Below are positions 19,437 to 28,562 of a stretch of DNA of 64,000 nt, piece by piece. Location of the stretch: NCBI GenBank assembly GCA_048938895.1, contig JBHLLU010000012.1:27576-91575 (forward strand), written 5' to 3'. Origin of the DNA: Promethearchaeota archaeon. Its GTDB lineage: Archaea; Asgardarchaeota; Lokiarchaeia; Sigyniarchaeales; SOKP01. The position numbers and the translations under genes are program-made. Below the pieces are notes generated by a model. It had not been told where the DNA came from, ran no database searches, and saw nothing but the letters and a program-made list of their open reading frames with translations. The stretch's first letter is position 1. Each line of letters begins with the position of its first letter.

Positions 19437-20330
19437 ATGATTAATGGTTTTACAATTATTTTAGAAGAAGATATTCTTTATTGCTCAAATCAAAAAAAAT
19501 ATAACTCTTTTGAAGTAATCCTTTTTTTAGAAAAGTTATTACGTAGCATCAATCCTAGAAATACTTGGCGTTTGAAAAAAATATGTTTAAAAGATGGAAA
19601 AGTAGGAAGGGAAAGAATAATTGTAAAGCATATTGTAACAAAAAAATACCAGAACTTATTCTTTTGCGTAATAGGTAATTTTGATGTAGGATCTAGGGAG
19701 ACTTTTAAGATCGTGAATGAATTTAGTAAACAGGTTAATAAATATTATAAAAACTTAGCTAAGTTAAAAAAGGCTTCAGAGGAACCTACATTTAATGATG
19801 TTATAACACTCATAGTTAATTATTTAGAGGATAAATATATTGAACCTTTGGAAGAAGAAATTATTTTTGATGAAGATGAAAATGACGTGAATAATAATAT
19901 TCTATATGCAGGTATATCATCTCAAGGACTGCCTATAATTTCTCAACTTTTTGATACAAACCTTCTTATGAACCTAGTCAAAGAAAAAACAAATGAAAAT
20001 ATTGAGCTTTTCACATCAGATCTTTCTGCTAAATTGGAAACAATTTCTATGAATACTCAAATTCGGGCTAAGACAAAGATAAAAGAAATTCACTTTGTTG
20101 ATACTGAAGACTCTAACAATAAAATGATAATTTTATATGGAAATATTAATGGTTATTCATTAGATTTTATTGCTTCTGGGAATTTTTACAAAATTAAAGA
20201 TATCTTCAAGCAGTTTAAAGCCAAAATGATAATGGAAGATATTTTTCAAAAGGAATTTGCAGGTGATCTAAAGCCGTACATTCATTTAAAACGACATGTT
20301 AATGAAATTATTAAGGAATTTGATGAATAA
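19437..20330 (+). CDS. Hypothetical protein with two longin/roadblock-like domains
   Basis: Two alpha/beta units beginning MINGFTIILEEDILY and NNILYAGISSQGLPIISQLF, joined by an acidic linker. Confidence 0.5.
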   Translation: MINGFTIILEEDILYCSNQKKYNSFEVILFLEKLLRSINPRNTWRLKKICLKDGKVGRERIIVKHIVTKKYQNLFFCVIGNFDVGSRETFKIVNEFSKQVNKYYKNLAKLKKASEEPTFNDVITLIVNYLEDKYIEPLEEEIIFDEDENDVNNNILYAGISSQGLPIISQLFDTNLLMNLVKEKTNENIELFTSDLSAKLETISMNTQIRAKTKIKEIHFVDTEDSNNKMIILYGNINGYSLDFIASGNFYKIKDIFKQFKAKMIMEDIFQKEFAGDLKPYIHLKRHVNEIIKEFDE

Positions 20331-20357
20331 ATTACATAAATAAATTAAATTTTACCT

Positions 20358-21650
20358 ATGAAAGCAGTCATATTAGCTGCAGGTGAGGGGAATAGGTTAA
20401 GACCCATAACAGCTTCAAAACCAAAACCCATGATCCCTCTACTTGGAAAGCCCCTCTTGGAACATAGTATTTTCGGGTTAAAAAAAGCGGGAATTGAACA
20501 AATAATCCTAATTGTCGGGTATAAAGAAGAAATTATTAAAAACTATTTTAACAGTTTTTATAAGGATTATAATACAGAAATCGAATATATAACTCAAAAA
20601 GAATACTGTGGGACTGCTCATGCCACATTTCAAGCGAGAAAATCTATTAAAAATGAACCTTTTCTAATGATGAACGGAGATTTATATGTTGATTCAGTAG
20701 TGTTAAAAAACCTAATCCAAGAATATAAAAAAAATCAGAATGAGTCTTTTATCACTTTATTGGAAATGGATAATCCTGAGAATTATGGTGTTATTTCATT
20801 GAATTCTGATGGTTTTGTAAAAAAAATAACAGAAAAACCATCCCCAGGCTCTGGATTGGGAAATCTAGCTAATGCAGGAATATATATATTTGACCCACTG
20901 ATATTTAAAGCAATTGAGAAAACAGAAAAATCAATACGTAATGAATATGAAATAACGGATTCAATAGAGATTGCAATTAATGAATTAGGGTTAAAAATGA
21001 GGGGTTTCATTCTCAAAAATTATTATTGGAATGATATTGGGCTTCCGTGGCAACTATTTGAAGTTAATAAGTATATTTTAGACAATTTAGAATCAATGAA
21101 TAAAGGTATCATTGAAGAAAACGTAGTAATTAAAGGAACTGTCCAAATCGGGAAAGATACAATTATAAAATCTGGATCATATATCCAAGGTCCTTGTTAT
21201 ATCGGTAATAACTGTCTTATAGGACCAAACGCGTTCATTCGACCATACACATCAATAAATGATAATTGCCATATTGGAATGAGTGAAATTAAAAATTCTT
21301 TAGTTTTTTCAGGCTCAGCTATTCCACATTTCAATTATGTTGGAGACTCGATTATATGTGAAGGAGTTAATCTTGGTGCTGGTACAAAACTATCAAACTT
21401 ACGATTTGATAATCAAACCATAAAAATGAATATAAATGGAAATCAAATTGATTCTAAACTTAGAAAGTTGGGGGCAATTTTAGGTCCGAATTCTCAAACA
21501 GGAATAAATGCAAGTATAATGTGTGGAAAGATCATTGGTAATGATTCTATTATTGGAGCGCATACAATAGTAAATGAAAATGTTCCACCAAATTCAATTT
21601 ATTATCTAGATTCTAGTGGAAAGGTAATAAAAAAAACCAAGAATTCTTGA
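20358..21650 (+). CDS. glmU: Bifunctional sugar-1-phosphate nucleotidylyltransferase/acetyltransferase (archaeal GlmU-type)
   Basis: ILAAGEGNRLRPIT..KPKP, EKP, W.DIG.PW; hexapeptide repeats; H..YVGDS, NLRFD. Confidence 0.88.
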   Translation: MKAVILAAGEGNRLRPITASKPKPMIPLLGKPLLEHSIFGLKKAGIEQIILIVGYKEEIIKNYFNSFYKDYNTEIEYITQKEYCGTAHATFQARKSIKNEPFLMMNGDLYVDSVVLKNLIQEYKKNQNESFITLLEMDNPENYGVISLNSDGFVKKITEKPSPGSGLGNLANAGIYIFDPLIFKAIEKTEKSIRNEYEITDSIEIAINELGLKMRGFILKNYYWNDIGLPWQLFEVNKYILDNLESMNKGIIEENVVIKGTVQIGKDTIIKSGSYIQGPCYIGNNCLIGPNAFIRPYTSINDNCHIGMSEIKNSLVFSGSAIPHFNYVGDSIICEGVNLGAGTKLSNLRFDNQTIKMNINGNQIDSKLRKLGAILGPNSQTGINASIMCGKIIGNDSIIGAHTIVNENVPPNSIYYLDSSGKVIKKTKNS

Positions 21651-21676
21651 AACCATAGTTTATTAGATTGTTATAT

Positions 21677-23389
21677 TCACTTGTTTTTTTTAAGTTTTCG
21701 TAATAATTTAGAAAAATTTAAATCTTCTCCCTGATAATCAAGTTCCCTAAGTGCTTGTTCTTGATAAGCAATGAAGAGTTTAGTAGAAAAATTTTCCCAA
21801 TCACGACATATTGCTAGGGTTTCCGAATCATTTCTCAAAAGACTATCATGAGACATAATTCTGGTGAAATCTGTTACATATTCCTCGATTTGATCTGAAT
21901 TTGCTCCTTTAAGTAAATCTCTACAAAAATCTTCCATTGGATACCAATCTCTCACTCTTGAAAGATCTCGGTGAATTTGTGTGAGGAGAACGTTTCTTGG
22001 GCCCTCCCATAGTTCCATTATCATGGAATCACGATGTAATCGTGGAAGAGCTAAGAAGTCTTCCATAATTCCATGACCACCAAAAAATGAGATTGCTTTA
22101 CGTATCATGGCTGGAGTCTCATCGGCAACGACTATTTTCTGCAACATTACAAGTTCCATTAATCTGAAACGTCGTTTACGTTCTTCGAGATCATCAATTT
22201 TTTCTAATTCTCTAATTCCGCTGATAAGTTCTTCATTAAAATGAATATATTCTGAATATATTTTAAACGCTCCTGCTGAACTTCTTTTAGAGAAGTATTC
22301 TAAATCATTTATTTGATTTTTCATTAATGGAAATGAGGATATTGGAACACCAAAAGCAGTTCGAAATTGTGAATATAGGATTGCCTCTCGTGCAACGCGC
22401 AAAGCACCTGAAGCCATTCCAAAGGCTACATGTAGCCTAGAGAGTGAAAGAACAATTCCGACTATATCAGATAAACCCTTTTCAAGAGGTCCTATTGGAT
22501 ATGCAACGGCGCCATTATACGTAATTTCAGCTGTCGGTAATTCTGCAGTCCCTAATTTTTGTTTCAACCTATCAATTGTAAAAGAATTTCTTTTTTCTTT
22601 ACTTTTATCTCCAGGAAGCCATGAAGGAACAATAAAAGCAGCAATTTTCGTGGAAGATTCTACACCTTTTGGTTTGGCAGTAACTACCGCATAATCTGCG
22701 TGAGTTGCAGAACAAAAAAATTTTTGTCCATAAATTCTCCAACAATCTGAGATTCCATCAGGTCCCTCTTCATTTTCAAAAACTGCTTCAACTAAATTAG
22801 AAGGGACATCACTTCCTCCTTGAATTTCAGTTACAAACTGAGCACCTCTAGCATATTCTCCTTTTTTCCCATCTCTTAGATGAGTGAGAATCTCAACTGC
22901 TTCTGGCTCTAAGGATTTTTCGTATTTTTGCATAAGTTCAACAGCTCCATGTGAACATGCCACAGGGCACATAACACCAGATTCTCCATTCTCATATAAT
23001 AAGAACATCTTTACAAATCTACTCCAAGGAGTATTCCTAGCTGGATCGAAGAGACCTAAGCTAAAAATTTCCTGTTCTAATATCTCTGTTTCCAAACAAC
23101 GCTCAATTCTATCTATTCTATGATTATAAGCATCGAAATGTTTAAGTTTTGTAACTTTTATCCTGTTTTCCAATTCATTTGCTTTATCTGCAAGATTTCT
23201 AAATCTATAAGAAACATAATCTGATAATGCTTTTAGATCCCTATCGATTTTCTCAAACTCTTCACCAGTATATTTTTTTACTAGAGCTTGAAAAAATCCA
23301 TCATCAGTGTAGTAATTAAATTTATCTCTTACAAACAAATAATCGTCAAAGTTATAAGAATTATCACGATTTCCTTCTTGATTTGACAT
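21677..23389 (-). CDS. Acyl-CoA dehydrogenase family protein (AidB-like)
   Basis: CPVACSHG, QFVTEIQGGSDV, G.KFFCS, RLK.KLGT..LPT.EI, R.AFG, GGHG..ED, WEG..NV. Confidence 0.92.
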   Translation of the reverse strand: MSNQEGNRDNSYNFDDYLFVRDKFNYYTDDGFFQALVKKYTGEEFEKIDRDLKALSDYVSYRFRNLADKANELENRIKVTKLKHFDAYNHRIDRIERCLETEILEQEIFSLGLFDPARNTPWSRFVKMFLLYENGESGVMCPVACSHGAVELMQKYEKSLEPEAVEILTHLRDGKKGEYARGAQFVTEIQGGSDVPSNLVEAVFENEEGPDGISDCWRIYGQKFFCSATHADYAVVTAKPKGVESSTKIAAFIVPSWLPGDKSKEKRNSFTIDRLKQKLGTAELPTAEITYNGAVAYPIGPLEKGLSDIVGIVLSLSRLHVAFGMASGALRVAREAILYSQFRTAFGVPISSFPLMKNQINDLEYFSKRSSAGAFKIYSEYIHFNEELISGIRELEKIDDLEERKRRFRLMELVMLQKIVVADETPAMIRKAISFFGGHGIMEDFLALPRLHRDSMIMELWEGPRNVLLTQIHRDLSRVRDWYPMEDFCRDLLKGANSDQIEEYVTDFTRIMSHDSLLRNDSETLAICRDWENFSTKLFIAYQEQALRELDYQGEDLNFSKLLRKLKKNK

Positions 23390-23496
23390 ATACTCAAACC
23401 CTCTCTATTTTTAGGATTATAAAAATTATAGTCTAGAATTAATATTTAAATATAATGAATATACAGAGATAAGGGATAAAAGCAAAACCTCATAAA

Positions 23497-24285
23497 TTAG
23501 GAAATATCATCCTCTGATTCATCCTCATCTTGGTCTGAAGAAGTTGCAGTAGCCTTGGTTTGAGCTTGAGCAAGTTTTTTCACGTTTATTCGTTCAGACC
23601 TTCTTATTTCTGATTTACGGGATCGTTGTACTTCAACTTCTACAATATCAAATTGATCATCTGGGATTATTTTATCTTCACCACCCTCCGGTACAGTTAT
23701 TAACTTGCTTTTAACAACGACGCAATTTGTCAAAGGATAAATAGTTTTTGCTACTCTTTGAATTTGATTTTGAAACTCTCCATAGATCATCCCTGCTATA
23801 AATTTCTCATGATTAAGAGATTTAGCAAATTCAAGGAGTATTTCTCTCATAATTTTCCGAATTAAGACAATTTGTGAATTTCTTGCTCTTTTTAAAGTTG
23901 TACAGATTGTAGTTAATCGAAAAATATATCCATCTTTGGTGGTTAAGTTTAAAATTGTTTGTATTTTTGAACTTCCTCTCCCAATTAAAGAACGAATGAA
24001 ATCATTTGTATATTCATGACCGATAAAAATAGTATTACATTTATTTGCCTCATTATTGACTTCATTTACTTGAAATATTAACTTTAAACTTATATCAGAA
24101 TATTTTTGTGTGAAATCATAAAGAAGTGTTTCAATAGTCCTTCCCATTATATTGTCTTCAATACCTATTATCTCCCCAATTGGCTTAAAATTAAAAATTT
24201 TGGGAGTAATTATTTCAAACCATGATTTATCTTTAAAAGATACTTTTTTTACTTTTGGCTTCTTTTTTCTTGCTCTCGAACTCAC
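23497..24285 (-). CDS. rps3ae: 30S ribosomal protein eS1 (S3Ae)
   Basis: K.WFEI..P..F, GRTIE..L.D, T.F.GHE...D.IRSL..RG.SKI, T.DGY, IR.IM, IYPL. GTG start after SD GGAGG. Confidence 0.95.
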   Translation of the reverse strand: MSSRARKKKPKVKKVSFKDKSWFEIITPKIFNFKPIGEIIGIEDNIMGRTIETLLYDFTQKYSDISLKLIFQVNEVNNEANKCNTIFIGHEYTNDFIRSLIGRGSSKIQTILNLTTKDGYIFRLTTICTTLKRARNSQIVLIRKIMREILLEFAKSLNHEKFIAGMIYGEFQNQIQRVAKTIYPLTNCVVVKSKLITVPEGGEDKIIPDDQFDIVEVEVQRSRKSEIRRSERINVKKLAQAQTKATATSSDQDEDESEDDIS

Positions 24286-24298
24286 TTTTTATCCTCCT

Positions 24299-24757
24299 TT
24301 ATCGAGCAACTAAAGTCCTAATTTTGTCAGGATCATATCTAAAATCAGGAGTTAATATTTTCTTCTTTTTATAGTATTTAATTAACCGATATATTTTAGA
24401 TTCAGTTCGATTTAGACCTTTTTTAGCTTCCAAGTCTTTATGGTTGTTTTCTAGATGTTTTCGAATATTTAATGCTTTTCTGACTAAATTAGCTAAATCT
24501 TCTGGAAGCGGATCCTTAATCTCGTTAGATTCAAGAATTTGACTAATTCTTTTACCCGTTACCACTTTGACCAGTGGTACACCCCGAGAATCTCTCATAA
24601 TAGTCCCTATCATCGATTTTGAATGACCTCTTCTAGCTAGTTTAACAACCTCATTCTCAACTTCGTCAGGCGATAATTCAACCCATACTGGTTTCTCTAA
24701 TCTTGCAGGACGTGTACTACCTGCTTGACCTTTCTTACGAGAGTGCATCCGAGCTAT
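24299..24757 (-). CDS. rps15: 30S ribosomal protein uS15 (eukaryotic S13-type)
   Basis: ARMHSRKKGQAGS.RP, IG..MRD..G.P, LPEDL.NL..KA..IRKHL..N.KD...K.GL...ESKI.RL.KYYK. Start placed at the ATA at 24757 (see findings). Confidence 0.96.
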   Translation of the reverse strand: MARMHSRKKGQAGSTRPARLEKPVWVELSPDEVENEVVKLARRGHSKSMIGTIMRDSRGVPLVKVVTGKRISQILESNEIKDPLPEDLANLVRKALNIRKHLENNHKDLEAKKGLNRTESKIYRLIKYYKKKKILTPDFRYDPDKIRTLVAR

Positions 24758-24972
24758 CTTGAACACCTTTTTGTAAATTCTTGTATACTTTACAGAATTT
24801 TAGATTAATATTATACCATAAATAAAGAAATATACAAAATAAAGTTTTGGATAAAGCTGTGGAACAATACTAAAAAAAATACTTATTATTATAGAAATTT
24901 TCATCCAATAAAATTAAAACCAAATATAGTGTGTTGAAAAATAACTAAAAACACAGCTTAATTATAATTATT

Positions 24973-25560
24973 ATGAACGATGAGGAAAACATCATTCATT
25001 TTATTACTGGTAATCGAAATAAATTTTTAGAAATATCTGATATCTTTAAAAATAGGAATATAAAATTTGATCTAGTACAAAATACAATCGAAACAATAGA
25101 AATTCAGGCAAATAGTCTGAAGGAAGTGGCACTATATAAATTAAACAGCGTTAAAACCAAAATAAATGAATCCTTATTCGTAGAAGATGCTGGCTTTTTT
25201 GTGGATATCCCCCTTGATGGATTTCCGGGTATATATTCATCTTATGTATTACATACTATTGGAAATGAGGGAATCCTTAAATTAATTAATAACTTTGATA
25301 AATCGATTGCTCATTTTTCGGCTATTATCGCTTTTTACTTTAAACCTCTGGGACAAACAATATTATTTGAAGGAACTGTTGAAGGAAGAGTTTCAAAAAA
25401 AATGAGAGGGAAGGGAGGATTTGGATTTGATCCTATTTTCATCCCGAATAGTATTCCGAATAAAACTTTTGCTGAATTACCAAGGAGTGAAAAGAATAAG
25501 ATTTCTCATAGAGGTCAGGCAATTAAAAAGCTGTTAGATTATTTAGAACGCAATACTTAG
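24973..25560 (+). CDS. rdgB: Non-canonical purine NTP pyrophosphatase (RdgB/HAM1)
   Basis: TGN.NKF.E, EIQ, VEDAG, GFPG.YS, GFGFDPIF.P, TFAE, KN.ISHR. Confidence 0.96.
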   Translation: MNDEENIIHFITGNRNKFLEISDIFKNRNIKFDLVQNTIETIEIQANSLKEVALYKLNSVKTKINESLFVEDAGFFVDIPLDGFPGIYSSYVLHTIGNEGILKLINNFDKSIAHFSAIIAFYFKPLGQTILFEGTVEGRVSKKMRGKGGFGFDPIFIPNSIPNKTFAELPRSEKNKISHRGQAIKKLLDYLERNT

Positions 25561-28529
25561 AATGTTTGTCGAAAGATATCCATTATCGTTTGTCTAGATA
25601 ATTTTATTAAAATTAAGTAAGTACCAAGAAATCCTACTGAAATTGAAATTATAAACACTCTTAATAATGTATCTGTCGGTATTTTAAATATTACAGGCAT
25701 TTCAGTCATCAATGCCATATTGGTTTCTAATAGATAACCTGTATATGTTCCAATAATAGTTCCCAAAATGGCTGAACTAAGCAATATGATTAAACTTTCA
25801 ATTAAAAACATATTTCTTACATTTCTTACTTTCATTCCCATAGATCGTAATATACCAATCTCGAATTTTCTTTCCAACATAATTGCATACATATTACTCA
25901 CTAATCCAAATATACTTATCATTATTGTGAATGAGAGAATCAGTTCCATCAAAAAACTTTGTCTTTCTGTCATCTCTTCCATAAAATTAATTTTAGAAAT
26001 TGCATCATCAATAATGATATCCTTATCTTGATACATTAATCTTATATCTTCTTTTGTTTCCTTGATATTCTCTTCTGATTTTTCAACTAAATTGATAAAA
26101 ACTTTATCTACAATCATATTAGGTTCTCCTGGGTTCTCAATTTTCATCAAATTCATATAATTGTCCAATGAAACCATCACTCCTCCTCCTTCGGCTGAGA
26201 CTTCATTGCTTCTAAAGTTAAAAAATCCAGGAATACCTCCGGAAATGCCTACTACTGTAAGGTTATAGGGTTTTCCACTATCATTACTAATCGAAGGATC
26301 ATAAAAAGTTATTCGAATTTTTTGTCCAACTTCTTTAATTCCGAGATAACTGGCAATCGATTTTGCTATAATGCATGTGTCATTTTCAGTAAATAATCTA
26401 TTAAAAGAATAACTAGTACTACTTTCTTCACTCTTCCAAATTAGTAAGTCTTTATTAATCAATTCAACAAAATCTTCATTAACACCTATAAATCCAGCCT
26501 CTACAACATCAAAATCCATCAAATCACCTGCTGTCGTTCGCATTTTTATTTCCTCTTGAGCAGCATAGAACTCAAAAAGGTCCATCAAGATTTCTTCTGA
26601 ACCGCCTGCAGTAAAACCTACCTGACCTTCGCTTATATCAAATACTGCTGCTAACGTTGCCTGTAAATCGAATGTATTATGAAGTGATATGGCAACATCA
26701 TCAATACCTGGAAGTGTCTTGAGTTCCTCAACCATCTCCATTGTTAACGCACTTTCTTCATCATATAATTCCTGATTTAATAATACTAAATCTGAACCAT
26801 ATTGGAATTTGAATGTTAAAGCCATATTCTCTGATTCCATTTTTGTAACACTTGTGATGAAAAATATAAAGGAAAAACTAATAGCAAACATGATAACTGT
26901 GCTAGTATTACGTCGTCTATATCTTTTCAGAGATATACCTATTATATTTTTATATTTTTTTATAAAGGGAGATATAATTCCTAAGAACACTCTTTGTACT
27001 ATAGGGATAATTCCAATTGAGGCAAAAACTAATCCAATCAATATAGCAGCCAATAATCCAACAAATAAAGATGATGTTAATAAAAAATCTCCTGTAACAA
27101 AAATATTTGGAAGTAAAACAAAAACAATCATTCCAATAGTTGCTACTGCTATACCTACCAGAAAACTTTTTATATTCATACTCCCCTCTTTTTTGATCTC
27201 CCAACCTTCTTCTTCTGCTTGGAATGGAGTTATAGATTTTATCAATTCTATCCTTGCTGTTTTAAGTGCAGGTAGTATAGCAACTACTAGTGAGACTATG
27301 GTACCAATAGCAAACGTCATATATATGGTTTGAGGACGTATCACCCAATCGACATCAGAAAAGGAAAACTCAAAATTATATAGTCTAAATAATCCTCGAG
27401 CAATTAGTCTAACCAATGAAATCCCAAGAATCATCCCAATGACCGATCCGATAAATCCTAAAATTAATCCTTCAAACAAGACCATTTTTAAGGTATATAA
27501 TTTTTTTCCACCTACAACTCGTACAATTCCAAACTCTCTCACTCGTTCTTCCACTGAAGTTGATAATATGCTATTGATTAGTATAGCTGTAATAAGCATA
27601 GAAAGAATAGTAATAAACCAAAACATAATTGTGACTGTCATTAATAGGAATTCTCCACCCTCTAATTCTTCTAACCTAGGAAGAGTAATAGTGTATTCAT
27701 TTATATTCAATCTATCTTGAATTTTTGCACTTATTTTTCGTATTTTTCGTGTAGTTCGATCGATGTTTCTAGCATCATAAACACTTCTTGGATTCTTTAA
27801 AGTTCCTGCAATGAAATTAATTTGATTGTTCTTGTTTAGAAATGATTGTGCTTGCTGTAAATTAACTAATATCAATGCATTTTCAAATTGCATAAATTTA
27901 AGATCTTGAACGCATATTTCTACTATTGTTAAGTTTAACTTTTCACTTTGATATTCAACATAAATCCTATCTCCTTTAGATACATTCAAAATCTCTGCTA
28001 CATTCCATAATATAACACATTCACCAAAGTTAGGTTTATCATTATAAATTATACCTGTTTCCTCTCCAGATTCATCTGTGATTATTAAATCTCCAATATT
28101 ACCATTGGTCGCTTCTTTCTCAAAATCAATTCCATAAAATTGGAGTGACCCACTTATATTTATATGATCAGAAGAAGCTTTAACCAGCATCATTATACGT
28201 GGAAACAGTTCATCTACGCCTTCAATGTCATCTAGTTTGTTTTCTATCAAACTTTGATCAAAAAAAGGATTGAAGGTTAGGTCAGTTTGTATTGTTTTGG
28301 TAACGAGAATATCGGCTTTACCTGTTGTAGATGTAACATATAAAAGATAATTGTAATTTACAGTGTCATTTAGCATTCCTATGACTGTTAATAAAAACAG
28401 TGAGACTGCAATTCCGGATACACCGAAGATCGCTTTAGTTTTATCTCTCTTTAAATCTAGCCAAGAATGCTTGAAAAATTGTAGATTTATACGTTTTTGT
28501 AACCTATATAAAAATATTTTTATATCCAT
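25557..28529 (-). CDS. ABC transporter permease, duplicated MacB/FtsX type (permease B)
   Basis: Two MacB-PCD + FtsX modules; SVEERVREFGIVRVVG and ERKFEIGILRSMG motifs. Confidence 0.92.
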   Translation of the reverse strand: MDIKIFLYRLQKRINLQFFKHSWLDLKRDKTKAIFGVSGIAVSLFLLTVIGMLNDTVNYNYLLYVTSTTGKADILVTKTIQTDLTFNPFFDQSLIENKLDDIEGVDELFPRIMMLVKASSDHINISGSLQFYGIDFEKEATNGNIGDLIITDESGEETGIIYNDKPNFGECVILWNVAEILNVSKGDRIYVEYQSEKLNLTIVEICVQDLKFMQFENALILVNLQQAQSFLNKNNQINFIAGTLKNPRSVYDARNIDRTTRKIRKISAKIQDRLNINEYTITLPRLEELEGGEFLLMTVTIMFWFITILSMLITAILINSILSTSVEERVREFGIVRVVGGKKLYTLKMVLFEGLILGFIGSVIGMILGISLVRLIARGLFRLYNFEFSFSDVDWVIRPQTIYMTFAIGTIVSLVVAILPALKTARIELIKSITPFQAEEEGWEIKKEGSMNIKSFLVGIAVATIGMIVFVLLPNIFVTGDFLLTSSLFVGLLAAILIGLVFASIGIIPIVQRVFLGIISPFIKKYKNIIGISLKRYRRRNTSTVIMFAISFSFIFFITSVTKMESENMALTFKFQYGSDLVLLNQELYDEESALTMEMVEELKTLPGIDDVAISLHNTFDLQATLAAVFDISEGQVGFTAGGSEEILMDLFEFYAAQEEIKMRTTAGDLMDFDVVEAGFIGVNEDFVELINKDLLIWKSEESSTSYSFNRLFTENDTCIIAKSIASYLGIKEVGQKIRITFYDPSISNDSGKPYNLTVVGISGGIPGFFNFRSNEVSAEGGGVMVSLDNYMNLMKIENPGEPNMIVDKVFINLVEKSEENIKETKEDIRLMYQDKDIIIDDAISKINFMEEMTERQSFLMELILSFTIMISIFGLVSNMYAIMLERKFEIGILRSMGMKVRNVRNMFLIESLIILLSSAILGTIIGTYTGYLLETNMALMTEMPVIFKIPTDTLLRVFIISISVGFLGTYLILIKLSRQTIMDIFRQTF

Positions 28530-28562
28530 ATAATTCTCACAGCTAAACGATCATTCTTCTAA

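Noticed and set aside
26809-27333. 174-aa + strand ORF and other antisense or nested ORFs (e.g. 39259..39561, 48263..48616, 62110..62466, 63168..63440)
   Set aside because: Shadow frames of well-supported genes, typical antisense to hydrophobic or AT-rich coding sequence; no motifs.
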